From assembly GCA_001661245.1 (NCBI GenBank), contig KV454013.1, positions 83,005-147,004 on the forward strand: a stretch of DNA of 64,000 bases, written 5' to 3'. A model generated the notes under the pieces. The model ran no database searches. It saw nothing but the letters and a program-made list of their open reading frames with translations, and had not been told where the DNA came from. A program made the translations under genes and the position numbers. The DNA is from Pachysolen tannophilus NRRL Y-2460. Its lineage: Eukaryota. The first letter of the stretch is position 1. Every line of letters starts with the position of its first letter. Shown piece by piece: positions 32,893 to 44,849 of this stretch.

Positions 32893-35800
32893 TCAGATTG
32901 CTTCTATGAGGTCCGAGAGCCTTGGGTTTATCAATAGGATTTCACGTATGATCTCCAGGTTCATGTTGGTGTTGCTGTTATTATTGTTGCTGTTATTATT
33001 TGTATTTGCATTTGCATTTTCTTTTAAATTAATTAGTAAATCTATGATTTTGTTTTTGAAATTTAGTTCATTCAATTTTTTGAAATAAATCAATAAATAA
33101 TTCTTTAAGTTTTTGTAATCCTTCAAGTATTCATATATTAAGATTTTATTTTCCAAATGGTTTAATGATATTATAACTTCCAAATTCTCGTATCCTTCTT
33201 TCATTAATATTATTTTACTAATCTTGTTGAAAAATTTGGATTTACCCTTTCTTACAATTTCTTCATTTGTATGTCTTTCTAATAACGACACCACGTTGGT
33301 GTTTGAAGATCCACCAACCAAAGTAGTGTCCCAATATTCCGAGCCAAAAGCCCACCATGAATCACTGATCAATGACCAAGAACACATATCGCTGTTATAT
33401 AAGTAGCCATTACCGTTGGATAAAGTAACTACTGGGATACCATTTGAAGTGATGGAACATAAAGTTAAATTCTCTGCTCGTGAAAGAATATCTGATTGTT
33501 CTAATAACTGCTGCAGTTCACCACTTGAGAATTCATCATCATCCTCATCTCTGGATTTATTCTTAGCCAAAGTTCTAGTCAAGGGTTGTAATAAATTATA
33601 CAATGAAGTTGGTTCAAAAAGTGCTTTTTTCAAAGAAATATCCCACACAAATATTTCACCAATACAAGTAACTGCCATTAAGCAATTTCCCTTGGATTCC
33701 AAAAAGGATAACGGAGTTCCTAATATTATAGGTGGTAATATTCTTTTACCAGAATCAGAATATACAATGATGTTACCATCTACTGTTCCAATAGCCCAAA
33801 ACAAACCTTCACCACCAGCAGATAATAAAATTTTCTTGGGTAAAAAATCCACAAAAATTTCACTCTCGTGCTCTACTTCAGGATCAATACTATTGCTTTC
33901 ATCACCATCCATAATTTTTTGATTTCTTACTAAACTTACTCTTGAAGGTCCAGTCTCATTCCCATTACCGTTTCTAACTACCAATATTAACGATTCATCA
34001 TTGGGAGAACTATACCTCCATAATTTTCTGATTTTCGGTATTGAAAGTCTTACGTTACTAAATGACGTTGAAGGATTAATAACAACAGATCCTATGAACT
34101 CTACTGGAATTAATTCCTTCTTACGTTTTTTCAAATTTGAATTTTGTTCATCATCATTTTCATCGGTAGATTGTTTTCTAACCATTTGTTTAACATTTTT
34201 AGAAACAGCATAAGATGGTGCATCAAATTCCATTGTAGTATTAGAATTTTTTGAATCTATTCTTGATGAAACTGGTTGCAGCTTATTAGCGTCTGTGTCA
34301 TTATTATCATTATTATTACTATTATTATTTGAAGAAATAAGCATTGGACGAATTCTTTTCTTTCCATTTTTATCAGTAATTTTCTGTTGATTTGTTTGAT
34401 GATTTGAAGGAACAAACCCTGGTTGTAATTTTTCACCTGTTGGAAATTTCAAGTTTTCTGCAGATTCTTGTACTTCTATTTTTTCTATTTTTTCTTCTTC
34501 TTTCAATTCTATTTCGTCCTTTTTTTCTTGAGATTGATTTTCAATCATTTGTTTTTCTTCTTCTGTCCAATTTTTCAAAATTTTAACCAATCCAAGTCCA
34601 CCTTCAGTAATAGGAAGTTCTTTTTCTTTAATTTCGCCTAATTCATTGATACCAAAAGTAACTACAATGAATTCACCATTTGTAGATATTAAGAATAATG
34701 CATCACCTGTGGAATTCCAACATATATCTAAAATTGTAGATGTAGTAATATCTTGTGCTACTATTATTGGTGAATCCACTGAAGTATTCCAAATGGCCAA
34801 CGTTTTATCTGAACCTGCTGTTGCTATAACGTAGTAATAAGGGTGATTTAAAGGTGAATTTTGGGCATTATTGGAAGTTTTACAATTCTTATTGATGAAA
34901 ATATTAGGATTAAATTTTGTGACTTCACAATTAAAATTATGACCAACTAAGGAACACCAATTTTTCCAAAATCCGGATGTATCTTTAATATTATTATTTG
35001 TGGAGAGTGTTTCAGAAGGTGGTTCAACATTATGATTAAACAAGATATTAACCAATGACATTTTCCCCTTATTCGAGTTAGGAATACTGATTAATTTATC
35101 ATCTTGTGACCAATCAAGTCTTCTAACTCTACTATTTGAATTAAGAGGATTACTATTGATCAATTTGTTCATCTTTTGATACGATTTATAACTGAAAACT
35201 CTTTTTGTATTGAGTTTATTATTGGATTTATTCCATTGAAGATCATATTTAATAATATTAATCAATTTATCATTTCCAATTGAACATAAAAAATTACCAT
35301 GTAAATTATCAAATTTAATACCTTTAATTGGAGTCATATCCAGATGAATTTTCAAAATATCCAAGATTTCACCATACCTAAAATCATAAATTATAATTTC
35401 ATTTGTAATACTTGCTAGTGCAATCAATTCATCATCAAAAGACCAAGAAATATCAACAATAGTAGAATTCTTATTATCCAACATTAACGTCAGTTGATGA
35501 TCACCATCCGGTAACAATTCAAACTTATACACCTTACCATTATCATAACTCGCAACAAACTGATTTGTATTAGATACTAAATTACTAAATCGCACACATT
35601 TAATAGAACTTAACTTATCATCACTTGGATTCGGAATAGTAGAAATAGGTTTTAAAAATTTAAAATCTTCTTCAGATTGAACCTCTTTATTAGTAATATT
35701 TATCAAAGTCATTGTATCCCAAACATTCAAATACCCATATTTACCACCACTCAATATCAAACTATTACATGGTGATAATGATATAGAATTCATCTCACCT

Positions 35801-35942
35801 AAATATATATATATATATATTTCAAAATTGAAATAAATAAATAAAAAAACATGTTAGTATCAATAACGAACAATCATATCCTATTCCAAATTACTCTCTA
35901 CATACCATCATTGAATACTCCAGGAACCTTGATCAAATGCAT
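32893..35942 (-). CDS. HIR2: HIR histone-chaperone subunit (Hir2-like; WD40 plus HIRA domain), two exons: 35942..35906 and 35798..32893
   Basis: WD40 repeats, B-domain KNGKKRIRPMLI, PVEFIGSVVINPS and ISDSWWAFGSEYW. The intron has GTATGT, TACTAAC and TAG, and splicing gives MHLIKVPGVFNDGEMNSISL. Confidence 0.88.
35799..35905 (-). other. Spliceosomal intron in HIR2 (107 nt)
   Basis: Donor GTATGT at 35905, branch TACTAAC near 35859-35853, acceptor TTTAG at 35799. Phase 1, frame preserved. Confidence 0.88.
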
Positions 35943-36289
35943 ATTGCCTCAAGATCTACTTCCCACCCTTGATCGCTCCAATCTCTCCGTTATTACAATA
36001 TATATCTCGTATATTTTATATATATTTTATATATTTTGTATATATATTTTTTGAAGCGTCGTGTAGCACTTTTTGAAATCTAGAAAGAAACAGCAAAAAA
36101 ATTTTCCTTTTAAAACAATTTGATTATCAAGAAGGTGGTTTGATTAAAATAGTTGAAGATTTAGATATTGGATTGATATTAGAACTGATATAGGACTAGA
36201 CTGGTTTAAAAGAGTCTTTTTCTCTTTTATTTTTTTTGTATTAAGTTGATTGTTTTTATTTTTTTAAAAAGAAAAAGAGATAGATAAAA

Positions 36290-37105
36290 ATGTCACTTCA
36301 TCAGCCAGAACAGAGAGGTGTTGTTGATAATAATAGTCAAGATATACAAGAATATACTAGTGAATCTGGGTCTGATTTTACTGAGTATTGGATAGATTGG
36401 TTTTTAGGGATGAAGGGGAATGAGTATTTTTGTGATATTGATGTTGAATATATAACGGATAGATTTAATTTAACTGGATTAAATTCTCAAGTTGAAAAAT
36501 TATCATTATTAGTGGATATAATAACTGATAATCAAGAGATTGATGAGAATCAATCTGAACAAACAAAGGCTAGGATTGATAATAATGCTCGGTTTCTATA
36601 TGGGTTAGTTCATGCGAGATATATTATAACAAGTAGAGGTTTGGCCAAGATGTTAAATAAATATAGAAATGGAGATTTTGGATTTTGTCCAAGAGTTTAT
36701 TGTAAATTAAACCCATTATTACCAATAGGACTAACAGATCAACCAAAAGTTTCTCCTGTAAAGTTATATTGTTCGAATTGTGAAGATATTTATAATCCAA
36801 AATCTTCAAGACATTCAACAATTGATGGTGCTTTTTTTGGAACAAGTTTCCCAGCAATGTTTTTAACAACATATCCACAATTAATTCCAATTCATAATTT
36901 GAAAATATATACTCCAAAAATTTTTGGTTTCCATCTTCATGATTATGCAAAATTGACAAGATGGAAAATTTTGAAAAGAGAACAATTATTTAAAGAATTG
37001 GATGGTGCTGGTGTAAAAGTATTGGATTGTCCAGGAGGATTCAAAGTTTCCACAGATGAAGAAAATGAAGAACAATCCAATAACAGCCCAACAAAGAAGA
37101 AGTAA
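36290..37105 (+). CDS. Casein kinase II regulatory beta subunit
   Basis: WIDWFLGMKGNEYFCDID.EYITDRFNL, LYGLVHARYI, zinc ribbon CPRVYC..C..CEDIY and IDGAFFGTSF. CKB1 versus CKB2 not resolved. Confidence 0.95.
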   Translation: MSLHQPEQRGVVDNNSQDIQEYTSESGSDFTEYWIDWFLGMKGNEYFCDIDVEYITDRFNLTGLNSQVEKLSLLVDIITDNQEIDENQSEQTKARIDNNARFLYGLVHARYIITSRGLAKMLNKYRNGDFGFCPRVYCKLNPLLPIGLTDQPKVSPVKLYCSNCEDIYNPKSSRHSTIDGAFFGTSFPAMFLTTYPQLIPIHNLKIYTPKIFGFHLHDYAKLTRWKILKREQLFKELDGAGVKVLDCPGGFKVSTDEENEEQSNNSPTKKK

Positions 37106-37973
37106 AAGAAAAAAGAAAAGAAAAAAAATATATATATATATATTTTGAAAACTTTACTAATAGTTGTATAATAGGTTGTATAGGAAATAAGTGTGTCATT
37201 TTAAATATTTTACTTGTTTTAGCTAAAAGAGAAACAACATCATTTAGACGAAAAAAAAAGAAAAAGAAAAAAAAAAAAAAGAAATAAATGATAACTTCTC
37301 TCAACTTCTCACAAAGTGAGAAACTTAGAAATGCAGAGTTCAAAGTCATCTTTATCTATTTCTTTTTCTTTTTCTTTTTCTTTTTATGCCCATGTACTAT
37401 CAATAAAATTTTAAATGAATTTTTAACACCGATACGGCCACACTCAACCTTATTATCAATCTCCATTCTTACTCATTATCTCTATCTCTACTCCCACTTA
37501 CTCTATCCAATATCTTCTATCTACATTCAAGCCTCTCAAAAGATCATGCATACCATACCCTTTTCGTAGTCATCTTGTCATGAATTGCTGTTTATCCGAT
37601 TTCCGATTTGGGTTTAAAGTGAAAATTTTTTATCTTTTCCATCGTTTTTTTTCTTTCTTTTTATCTAAGCAGAAATAGTACGAAATAGTACGATGATATG
37701 TACCGTATTAATAATATATTATAATAATAATAATTATCTTAACTTAATTTATTTTGAATTTAAAAGATTTTTGAATAATTCAATTTGAAATATTGAGGGA
37801 AGTAAAGTGAGTAAAGGGAGTAAAGGGAATCAACTATATTGGGTTGTGTGAAAGACTTGAAGAAGGTTTTTTATAAAAATTCTTGGTGTTTGCAGGTGAT
37901 TTTTTTTTTTTTTTATTTTTGCTTTCTTTCTTTTTATTGAAGCTTGAATTTTTTTTGAATTTTGTTTTGCAAG

Positions 37974-40900
37974 ATGGTACGGTGTACAACTTCTTTAAGA
38001 GTTGGAGGAATGACATGTTCTGCTTGTGTGAATGCTATAACTTCATCACTTGAACTGTTGCCGGAGGTAGAGTCGGTAAATGTTTCGCTAATGACCGAGA
38101 CTGCCGTTGTGGTACATGATAGTGATGCCACGACACTGGAACAGTTAAAAGAAGCTATTGAAGATTGTGGGTTTGATGGGGATGTGTTGACTCATGAGGT
38201 GATACCAGCAAGTAATGGTAGCGAGGTTGGTAGTGGGGTTGGAGTTGATTCTTTACTTCCAAAGATGGCTCATACTTCGTTAAAGATATATGGTATGACC
38301 TGTACTAATTGTTCCAATACTATAGAATCCGGATTGAACAAATTGGATGGTATAATATCTTGTAATGTTATGTTATCTACCGAGGAGGCAAGTATTGAAT
38401 ATAATCCAGATATTATTGGGATAAGAGAAATTTTTGAAAAAATTGAAGATTTTGGGTTTGAAGCTATATTAAATAATAATTTGGATAATTCAGCTCAATT
38501 AGATTCTTTATCAAAGATTAAAGATATACAATATTGGAAATTAAATTTTTTTAAATGTCTCTTATTAGGAGCACCTGTTATTCTATTAGGTCATATATTA
38601 CCACAATTTTATAAAAATCGAGATCAAAAATTACATCTGTCTATTGGTCCAAGTTTAATACCTGGATTATATTTGGATCAATTAATAGAGTTGGTACCTG
38701 CAACTTATATTCAATTCATCTTAGGGAAAAGATTTTACTTAAATGCTTATAAATCATTGAAACATGGTAGTGGTACCATGGATTTATTAATTTGTATATC
38801 TACATCATTATCATATTTTTATTCTGTTTTCATTATGTTATATGCTGTGATAAAAAAATTGGATACTGCCCCAGAAGTATTATTTGAAACATCAGCAATG
38901 TTGTTTATATTTATTAGTTTTGGAAAATGGTTGGAAAATAAGGCAAAGGGTCAAACATCTTCAGCATTGTCAAGGTTACTTTCATTAACCCCTTCAACTT
39001 GTACAATAATAGATAACATTTCAGACCAGCTGGCAATGTTTGATATAAATAATAACATTAACCAAGATGCTAATGATTTATCTACAAAAATTATTCCAAT
39101 AGAATTATTACAAAAAGGTGATATTGTAATAGTGACACCTGGATCAAGAGTTCCAACTGATGGTGAATGTATATTTGGTGAATCGGAAGTTGATGAATCT
39201 TTATTAACAGGTGAATCATTACCAATTTATAAATGTAAAGGTTCTAACTTGGTTGGAGGATCTGTAAATGGTTCAAATACTCTTTATTTAAAAGTTGTTA
39301 ATGTGGGAGAATCAACTCAATTACAACAAATTGTTAAACTTGTTAAAGACGCTCAGATTTCTAAACCACCTATTCAAAGAGTGGCAGATGTTATTGCAAC
39401 AAAATTTGTACCAACAATCTTAGTGTTGGCCGTTTTAACTTTTGTCGTATGGTCAATGATTTTAAAATGTCTACACACAAGAAATGAAGACTATAAAATT
39501 CCAAAATATTTCTCCACATCTGATAGTGAATTTACTAAAATTTTACTTATTTCCATTAGTGTAGTGGTTGTTGCTTGCCCCTGTGCATTAGGATTAGCTG
39601 CTCCAACGGCTATAATGGTGGGGACAGGTGTCGGTGCTTCACATGGTGTCTTAATCAAAGGTGGAGATGTTTTAGAAAGAGCAAATGAAATTAATTGTAT
39701 CTTATTTGACAAGACAGGTACTATAACTACTGGAAAATTTAAATTACATTCTTACAAATTTTTACCTAGCGAGATATTGACAGAATCAGATATTTGGGAA
39801 ATTATAGGTTCCATTGAACAAAATAGTGAACATCCTTTGGGTAAAAGTATTACAAAATCGGCTTTAGAAAAATTAAAATTAGATAATTTTGGCTCTACTG
39901 GTAATAATTTGATTGTTGAAAAATTTGAAACATTGGTTGGTTTAGGTATATCTACTCATATTTCATATAATGACAAGAAATTACTTGTCAAATTTGGTAA
40001 CTTTAGAATGCTAAATGAAAACGACATTACAAATATGAATGATTTTCTTAAAACAACAAAGGACTCTGAAGTTTACCATGAGCTTTCTAATACCGTATCC
40101 CATATATTAATTAATAACGAGTATTACGGTTACGTTGAGTTAATAGATGGAATCAGACCTGATTCCAAAGCCACAATTAGTTTCTTGTTAAAAGAAGGCT
40201 ATTCTGTTGCGATGGTCACTGGTGATAGTGAGAAACCTGCAAAGAGAATTGGAAGACTTGTTGGGATACCTGAAGAAAATATTTATAGTAGTGTTACAGC
40301 TGAAGGAAAACAGAAATTGGTTGAAAATTTACAAAACGAAATGGGCTTGAAAATTGCATTTGTTGGGGATGGTATCAATGATGCACCTGCTCTCGTGAAG
40401 GCGGATTTAGGAATAGCAATAAATACTGGTACTGATATTGCTATTGATGCAGCAGACATTGTATTATTAGGTGGAGGTGACAATCATGTCGACGACGTCA
40501 TCAACAATCTGGAAAGGAATGGAGGAAACGTTGTTTATGAATCAAGACCTTCATCTTCTTTAACTCCTGTGGCTTCAGAATCCAATAATGTCTTTGTTGA
40601 GAATCTGAATAATACAAAAGTTACGAGATCAAGTTTGGGAGGAATAGCTTCTGCTCTTTCGATTTCAAATGTCACTTTTAAAAGGATTAAGTTGAATTTC
40701 TTATGGGCAATGATTTATAATTTAATCATGTTGCCATTGTCTATGGGTTTTTTAATTTTCCCTCTAAATGTGACATTGGATCCTATGTTGGCTTCAGCAG
40801 CTATGGCATTTTCTTCTATAAGTATTGTTGTTTCTTCATTATTACTTAAAAGATGGCAACCACCAAAACTAGATGATGAAAGTACCCTTTCTGAAAGAAG

Positions 40901-41138
40901 GTGGTTCAATTTTTACAATTCTGAAAACAGTGAAGAATTTGTTTCTTCTGGTAGTGATTCCCAAGGTGCATTTGATCTGGATTTGGAGAATCCTGAAATA
41001 TTAAGATTCCGCAGAAATCAAAGAAAAAGATTACCTCAAATATTTGGCTTGAATAAACTTATCCAAAAAATACCACTCATCACTGGAAGAAGGGCAGAAG
41101 AAGATGTACAAGAGTATGAGATGCTTCAAAGTTCTTGA
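37974..41138 (+). CDS. CCC2: Cu(I)-transporting P1B-type ATPase Ccc2
   Basis: Two HMA domains (GMTCSAC, GMTCTNC), TGES, CPCALGLA, DKTGT, SEHPLG, GDGINDAPAL and YN/MAFSS motifs. ATG at 37974. Confidence 0.96.
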   Translation: MVRCTTSLRVGGMTCSACVNAITSSLELLPEVESVNVSLMTETAVVVHDSDATTLEQLKEAIEDCGFDGDVLTHEVIPASNGSEVGSGVGVDSLLPKMAHTSLKIYGMTCTNCSNTIESGLNKLDGIISCNVMLSTEEASIEYNPDIIGIREIFEKIEDFGFEAILNNNLDNSAQLDSLSKIKDIQYWKLNFFKCLLLGAPVILLGHILPQFYKNRDQKLHLSIGPSLIPGLYLDQLIELVPATYIQFILGKRFYLNAYKSLKHGSGTMDLLICISTSLSYFYSVFIMLYAVIKKLDTAPEVLFETSAMLFIFISFGKWLENKAKGQTSSALSRLLSLTPSTCTIIDNISDQLAMFDINNNINQDANDLSTKIIPIELLQKGDIVIVTPGSRVPTDGECIFGESEVDESLLTGESLPIYKCKGSNLVGGSVNGSNTLYLKVVNVGESTQLQQIVKLVKDAQISKPPIQRVADVIATKFVPTILVLAVLTFVVWSMILKCLHTRNEDYKIPKYFSTSDSEFTKILLISISVVVVACPCALGLAAPTAIMVGTGVGASHGVLIKGGDVLERANEINCILFDKTGTITTGKFKLHSYKFLPSEILTESDIWEIIGSIEQNSEHPLGKSITKSALEKLKLDNFGSTGNNLIVEKFETLVGLGISTHISYNDKKLLVKFGNFRMLNENDITNMNDFLKTTKDSEVYHELSNTVSHILINNEYYGYVELIDGIRPDSKATISFLLKEGYSVAMVTGDSEKPAKRIGRLVGIPEENIYSSVTAEGKQKLVENLQNEMGLKIAFVGDGINDAPALVKADLGIAINTGTDIAIDAADIVLLGGGDNHVDDVINNLERNGGNVVYESRPSSSLTPVASESNNVFVENLNNTKVTRSSLGGIASALSISNVTFKRIKLNFLWAMIYNLIMLPLSMGFLIFPLNVTLDPMLASAAMAFSSISIVVSSLLLKRWQPPKLDDESTLSERRWFNFYNSENSEEFVSSGSDSQGAFDLDLENPEILRFRRNQRKRLPQIFGLNKLIQKIPLITGRRAEEDVQEYEMLQSS

Positions 41139-41244
41139 TTAATATTTAAAAGTTTTATTTTATCGTCAACTTTAAAAATTGTATAAATATTCATTAATAA
41201 TATATCTAATAATTTATTAACACCGATAAGTTGAGAGAGACTAG

Positions 41245-41545
41245 ATGGAGTCAGATCCAAGATTTAAGCCTCTTCGGCCCGCCATAGGAGCTTTTCAAAA
41301 TTCCCTAAAAAAAAAAACATTATTCTGTAATACTTAAATCTCTTTTTACAACTGTTCTAGATACTTGATTGATAATAATGCTATTGTAGTCATCTAACTC
41401 ATCTACTTTTGTGACTCGCTTAAATTTGAATGAATCTTTTCATAGCTCTTTTGTCTCATCCATTCTTCGATGAGATGAGTTGAAAAATTTTTTTTTCATG
41501 TCCACAACGGGTCATCATGCGCGATGCCTGAAAATTTTCACCGCA
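41245..41545. promoter_or_regulatory. Gcn4-like, PAC and RRPE motifs upstream of the amino-acid permease
   Basis: GAGTCA (about 41248), TGACTC (41412-41417), GATGAGATGAG (41469-41479) abutting TGAAAAATTTT (41481-41491), and TGAAAATTTT near 41529. Confidence 0.55.
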
Positions 41546-41646
41546 TATAACGACAGGAGGTATTATTGAATAATGTCCATAAAACTATTATTTAATACTG
41601 AATTGCTTTATTTTCTATATCTAGTTTATAGGTGAGTTGAAGTATA

Positions 41647-43374
41647 ATGTCGGGCAGTAGTAGTAGTGGGCCTAGGCTTGCTCGTCAAAACTCTATTGAG
41701 TTGAAAGATATAGCGTCCAAGTCAACAGGTTTTAGTAAAAAAAGTGATTTTTTGGGTGAGAACACATTATTGAGGTCTGTTGGAACTTCGTCCAAAAATG
41801 ATGGTAGTGACTATGAAGATGGGGACTATGAAGAATTGAAAGTGCGTAGAGGTCTTAAGGCAAGGCATTTAAGTATGATTGCCTTAGGGGGTACAATCGG
41901 TACTGGGTTGTTTGTTGGTATTTCCACTCCGTTACAAGATTCAGGACCGGTTAATTCACTTATAGCCTATATATTTATGGGATCGTTGGTTTATATGATC
42001 ATTCAAGCATTAGGAGAGATGTCAACTTATATTCCAGTTGCTGGATCATTCACTGTGTACAATACGAGATTTTTATCAAGACCTTTGGGAGCTGCAAATG
42101 GCTGGTTATATTTTTATAATTGGGCCGTTACATTTGCTGTGGAAGTTTCAGTGATACCTGATATTATAGAATATTGGACTGATGCTGTACCTGTTGCTGC
42201 TTGGGTTTCGATTTTTTTGGTTGTGATCACATTGGCCAATCTTTTCCCTGTTAGATACTATGGTGAGATTGAATTTTGGGTTGCTGCAATCAAAGTTATT
42301 GCCATTGTAGGATGGTTAATTTATGCTCTTTGTATGGTATGTGGTGCAGGTAAAGAAGGTCCTATTGGTTTTAGATATTGGAGGAACCCCGGTCCATGGG
42401 GTCCTGGTCTCTTGGTAGAATCACATTCTACTGGAAGATTTTTAGGTTGGGTCTCATCGTTGATAAATGCGGCTTTCACTTATCAGGGTACAGAAACTGT
42501 TTCCATTGCTTCAGGTGAAGTTTCTAACCCAACGAAATCAATACCTAAAAGTATTAATAAGGTCATTTTTAGAATATTGTTCTTTTACATTCTTTCTTTA
42601 TTTTTCGTTGGTCTCTTAGTTCCATATGATGATCCTGCTTTTTCTTCTGATGGTTCTTACACATCGGCTTCACCTTTCATCATTGCCATGGTCAATTGTG
42701 GAACTCCAATTTTGCCTCATATATTTAATGCAGTAATTTTGACAACGGTCATTTCAGCAGGAAACTCAGATGTTTATCTTGGTTCAAGGGTTCTCTATGG
42801 TTTAGCAGAATCTGGAATTGCACCAAAATTTTTCACAAAATGTTCAAAGCAAGGTGTTCCATATATCAGTGTATTTTTCACAGCTATATTTGGATGTCTC
42901 GCATACCTTTCAGTCTCTAACGGTGGTACAACTGCATTTAATTGGCTTGTTAATATATCTACATTAGCTGGTTTAGTTGCGTGGGCTTTCATTCCAATAT
43001 GTCATATTAGATTTACTCAAGCTTTAAAGCACCGGGGTATATCAAAAGATGTTTTACCATTTAAGGCAAATTTTATGCCTTGGGGTGACTATTACGCCTT
43101 ATTCTTCATTGTATTGATAACTTTTGTTCAAGGATATGCTGTTTTCTTTGATTTCAATGCTTCTGATTTCTTTGTTAATTATATTTCGTTGATTTTATTT
43201 TTTGTATTCTGGATTATATTCCAGATTTATTACAGAGAAACTAGAATCTATATCCCAATTGAAGAAGTGGATATCGATAGTGATAGAGCACAAATGGAAG
43301 GTATTGTTTGGGAGAATGACGAAGATGATGAACCTAAGAATCTTTGGGAAAAATTCTGGTCATTGATTTCATGA
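41647..43374 (+). CDS. LYP1: Basic amino-acid permease (Lyp1/Can1/Alp1 group, most like Lyp1)
   Basis: RHLSMIALGGTIGTGLFVGISTPL, YYGEIEFW, IGFRYWRNPGPWGPG and SSLINAAFTYQGTE. Confidence 0.8.
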   Translation: MSGSSSSGPRLARQNSIELKDIASKSTGFSKKSDFLGENTLLRSVGTSSKNDGSDYEDGDYEELKVRRGLKARHLSMIALGGTIGTGLFVGISTPLQDSGPVNSLIAYIFMGSLVYMIIQALGEMSTYIPVAGSFTVYNTRFLSRPLGAANGWLYFYNWAVTFAVEVSVIPDIIEYWTDAVPVAAWVSIFLVVITLANLFPVRYYGEIEFWVAAIKVIAIVGWLIYALCMVCGAGKEGPIGFRYWRNPGPWGPGLLVESHSTGRFLGWVSSLINAAFTYQGTETVSIASGEVSNPTKSIPKSINKVIFRILFFYILSLFFVGLLVPYDDPAFSSDGSYTSASPFIIAMVNCGTPILPHIFNAVILTTVISAGNSDVYLGSRVLYGLAESGIAPKFFTKCSKQGVPYISVFFTAIFGCLAYLSVSNGGTTAFNWLVNISTLAGLVAWAFIPICHIRFTQALKHRGISKDVLPFKANFMPWGDYYALFFIVLITFVQGYAVFFDFNASDFFVNYISLILFFVFWIIFQIYYRETRIYIPIEEVDIDSDRAQMEGIVWENDEDDEPKNLWEKFWSLIS

Positions 43375-43458
43375 TAGCATTCATTATGTATAGATACATT
43401 TAAATATATAAATTTTTTAAAAAAAACAAAAAAAAAATACATTTTATTATAAACAAGA

Positions 43459-44634
43459 TTAAAGGAAACCCATTAATTTTTTAATTTCTTTCAAGTTAAC
43501 ATCTGCAATTGATTTAGCTCTTTCTGATCCTTCTTTGGCAATTTTATTTAAAAGATCAGTATTTTTCATGTATTCATTATATTTGATTCTAGGTTCAGCC
43601 AATTCTTTTATTAATAATTCTGCTGTATAATCTTTCAACTCTTTCTTTGTGAAAAATTCTACTTCCATTACAATTTCTTGTATCGTCTTATCAGTTACAG
43701 CACTAATTATGGTTATCAAATTTGATATACCGGGACGTTCAACTGGATCAAAGTAAATTTTTCCCTCGATTGAATCTGTCATTGCTTTATGCATTTTCAA
43801 TCTAATTGAATCTGGTTCTTCTGTTATCATTATCTTGCTCTGTTCAATTGGATCAGATTTTGACATCTTCTTGAGAGGTTCTTTTAAAGAACAAATTTTT
43901 TTAGAAGGTGCTAATAAAGTCTTTGGTAATTGGAAATATTCTTTCTTAACGAAATTGTTAAAAGAATTTGCAATTGTTCTAGTTAATTCTAGATGTTGTG
44001 TTTGATCCTGCCCTACAGGAACATGAGTCGATTTATAAATTAATATATCTGCAGCTTGTAAAACTGGATATGCAAATAAACCCAACTTGGCAACCCCGAT
44101 GGTTTCCTGAATTGTCAATGCTGAACGTTCGTCAATGTGAGCTTTACTCTTAAACTGAGTCATTCTATTTAAGGAACCCATACTGGTAAAAGTAGATAAA
44201 ATCCAAAACAACTCTGAGTGTTGTGGGACTGAGGACTGATGAAACAATATCACATTCTTGGGGTCAATACCACTAGCCAAAAGGCTTGCCATAGCTTCAA
44301 CTCTTCTTTCTCTAAGTAAAGATGGTTCTTGTGGTACCGTTATTGCATGTAAATCAGCAGTCCCAAATATAAGTTTTGAGTTCCCCGATAACAATGGTGA
44401 ACCACTAATAATATCAGATATCTGTCTCCAAACTTTAATAGCTCCAAAATAATTACCCAAATGAATCTTACCAGTTGGTTGAATAAGACTGAAAATAGTA
44501 CTATTAGGAGGAATAGTACTCAATGTAGTATGATCAGTTTCCACCACAGTCTGCGAATAACATCTCTCCTGACACCCTCTAAAACATTTACCAACAACCA
44601 GCCTCACTCCTTTCACCGACACTGGGAACCACAT
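43459..44634 (-). CDS. MSW1: Mitochondrial tryptophanyl-tRNA synthetase
   Basis: IQPTGKIHLGNY, YPVLQAADIL, VPVGQDQTQHLEL and KMSKS. Confidence 0.96.
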   Translation of the reverse strand: MWFPVSVKGVRLVVGKCFRGCQERCYSQTVVETDHTTLSTIPPNSTIFSLIQPTGKIHLGNYFGAIKVWRQISDIISGSPLLSGNSKLIFGTADLHAITVPQEPSLLRERRVEAMASLLASGIDPKNVILFHQSSVPQHSELFWILSTFTSMGSLNRMTQFKSKAHIDERSALTIQETIGVAKLGLFAYPVLQAADILIYKSTHVPVGQDQTQHLELTRTIANSFNNFVKKEYFQLPKTLLAPSKKICSLKEPLKKMSKSDPIEQSKIMITEEPDSIRLKMHKAMTDSIEGKIYFDPVERPGISNLITIISAVTDKTIQEIVMEVEFFTKKELKDYTAELLIKELAEPRIKYNEYMKNTDLLNKIAKEGSERAKSIADVNLKEIKKLMGFL

Positions 44635-44849
44635 TCTTTAAAAAACACCTATATTATCATGAATAATCTTGGTATTATTCATTTAACTCTTTTATATGGG
44701 ACATATTCTTTCACACGCCTTTTTTATCTATTTTTTATTTGTTTTTTTTTTTTTTTGTTTACATTTTGACAAAGTTTATAAAGTTAATGAGAGAGAGAGA
44801 GAAGCTGTTGTTGTTGGTTGTTGGTGATATGGATAGGGATATATAGAGA

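Noticed and set aside
33416..33922. 168-aa plus-strand ORF and the many other antisense or alternate-frame ORFs inside real genes
   Set aside because: Shadow ORFs opposite or within conserved CDSs, mostly with non-ATG starts and no motifs.
37041..37569. ORFs between CKB and CCC2
   Set aside because: Poly-Phe from homopolymer tracts, with no coding-like composition.
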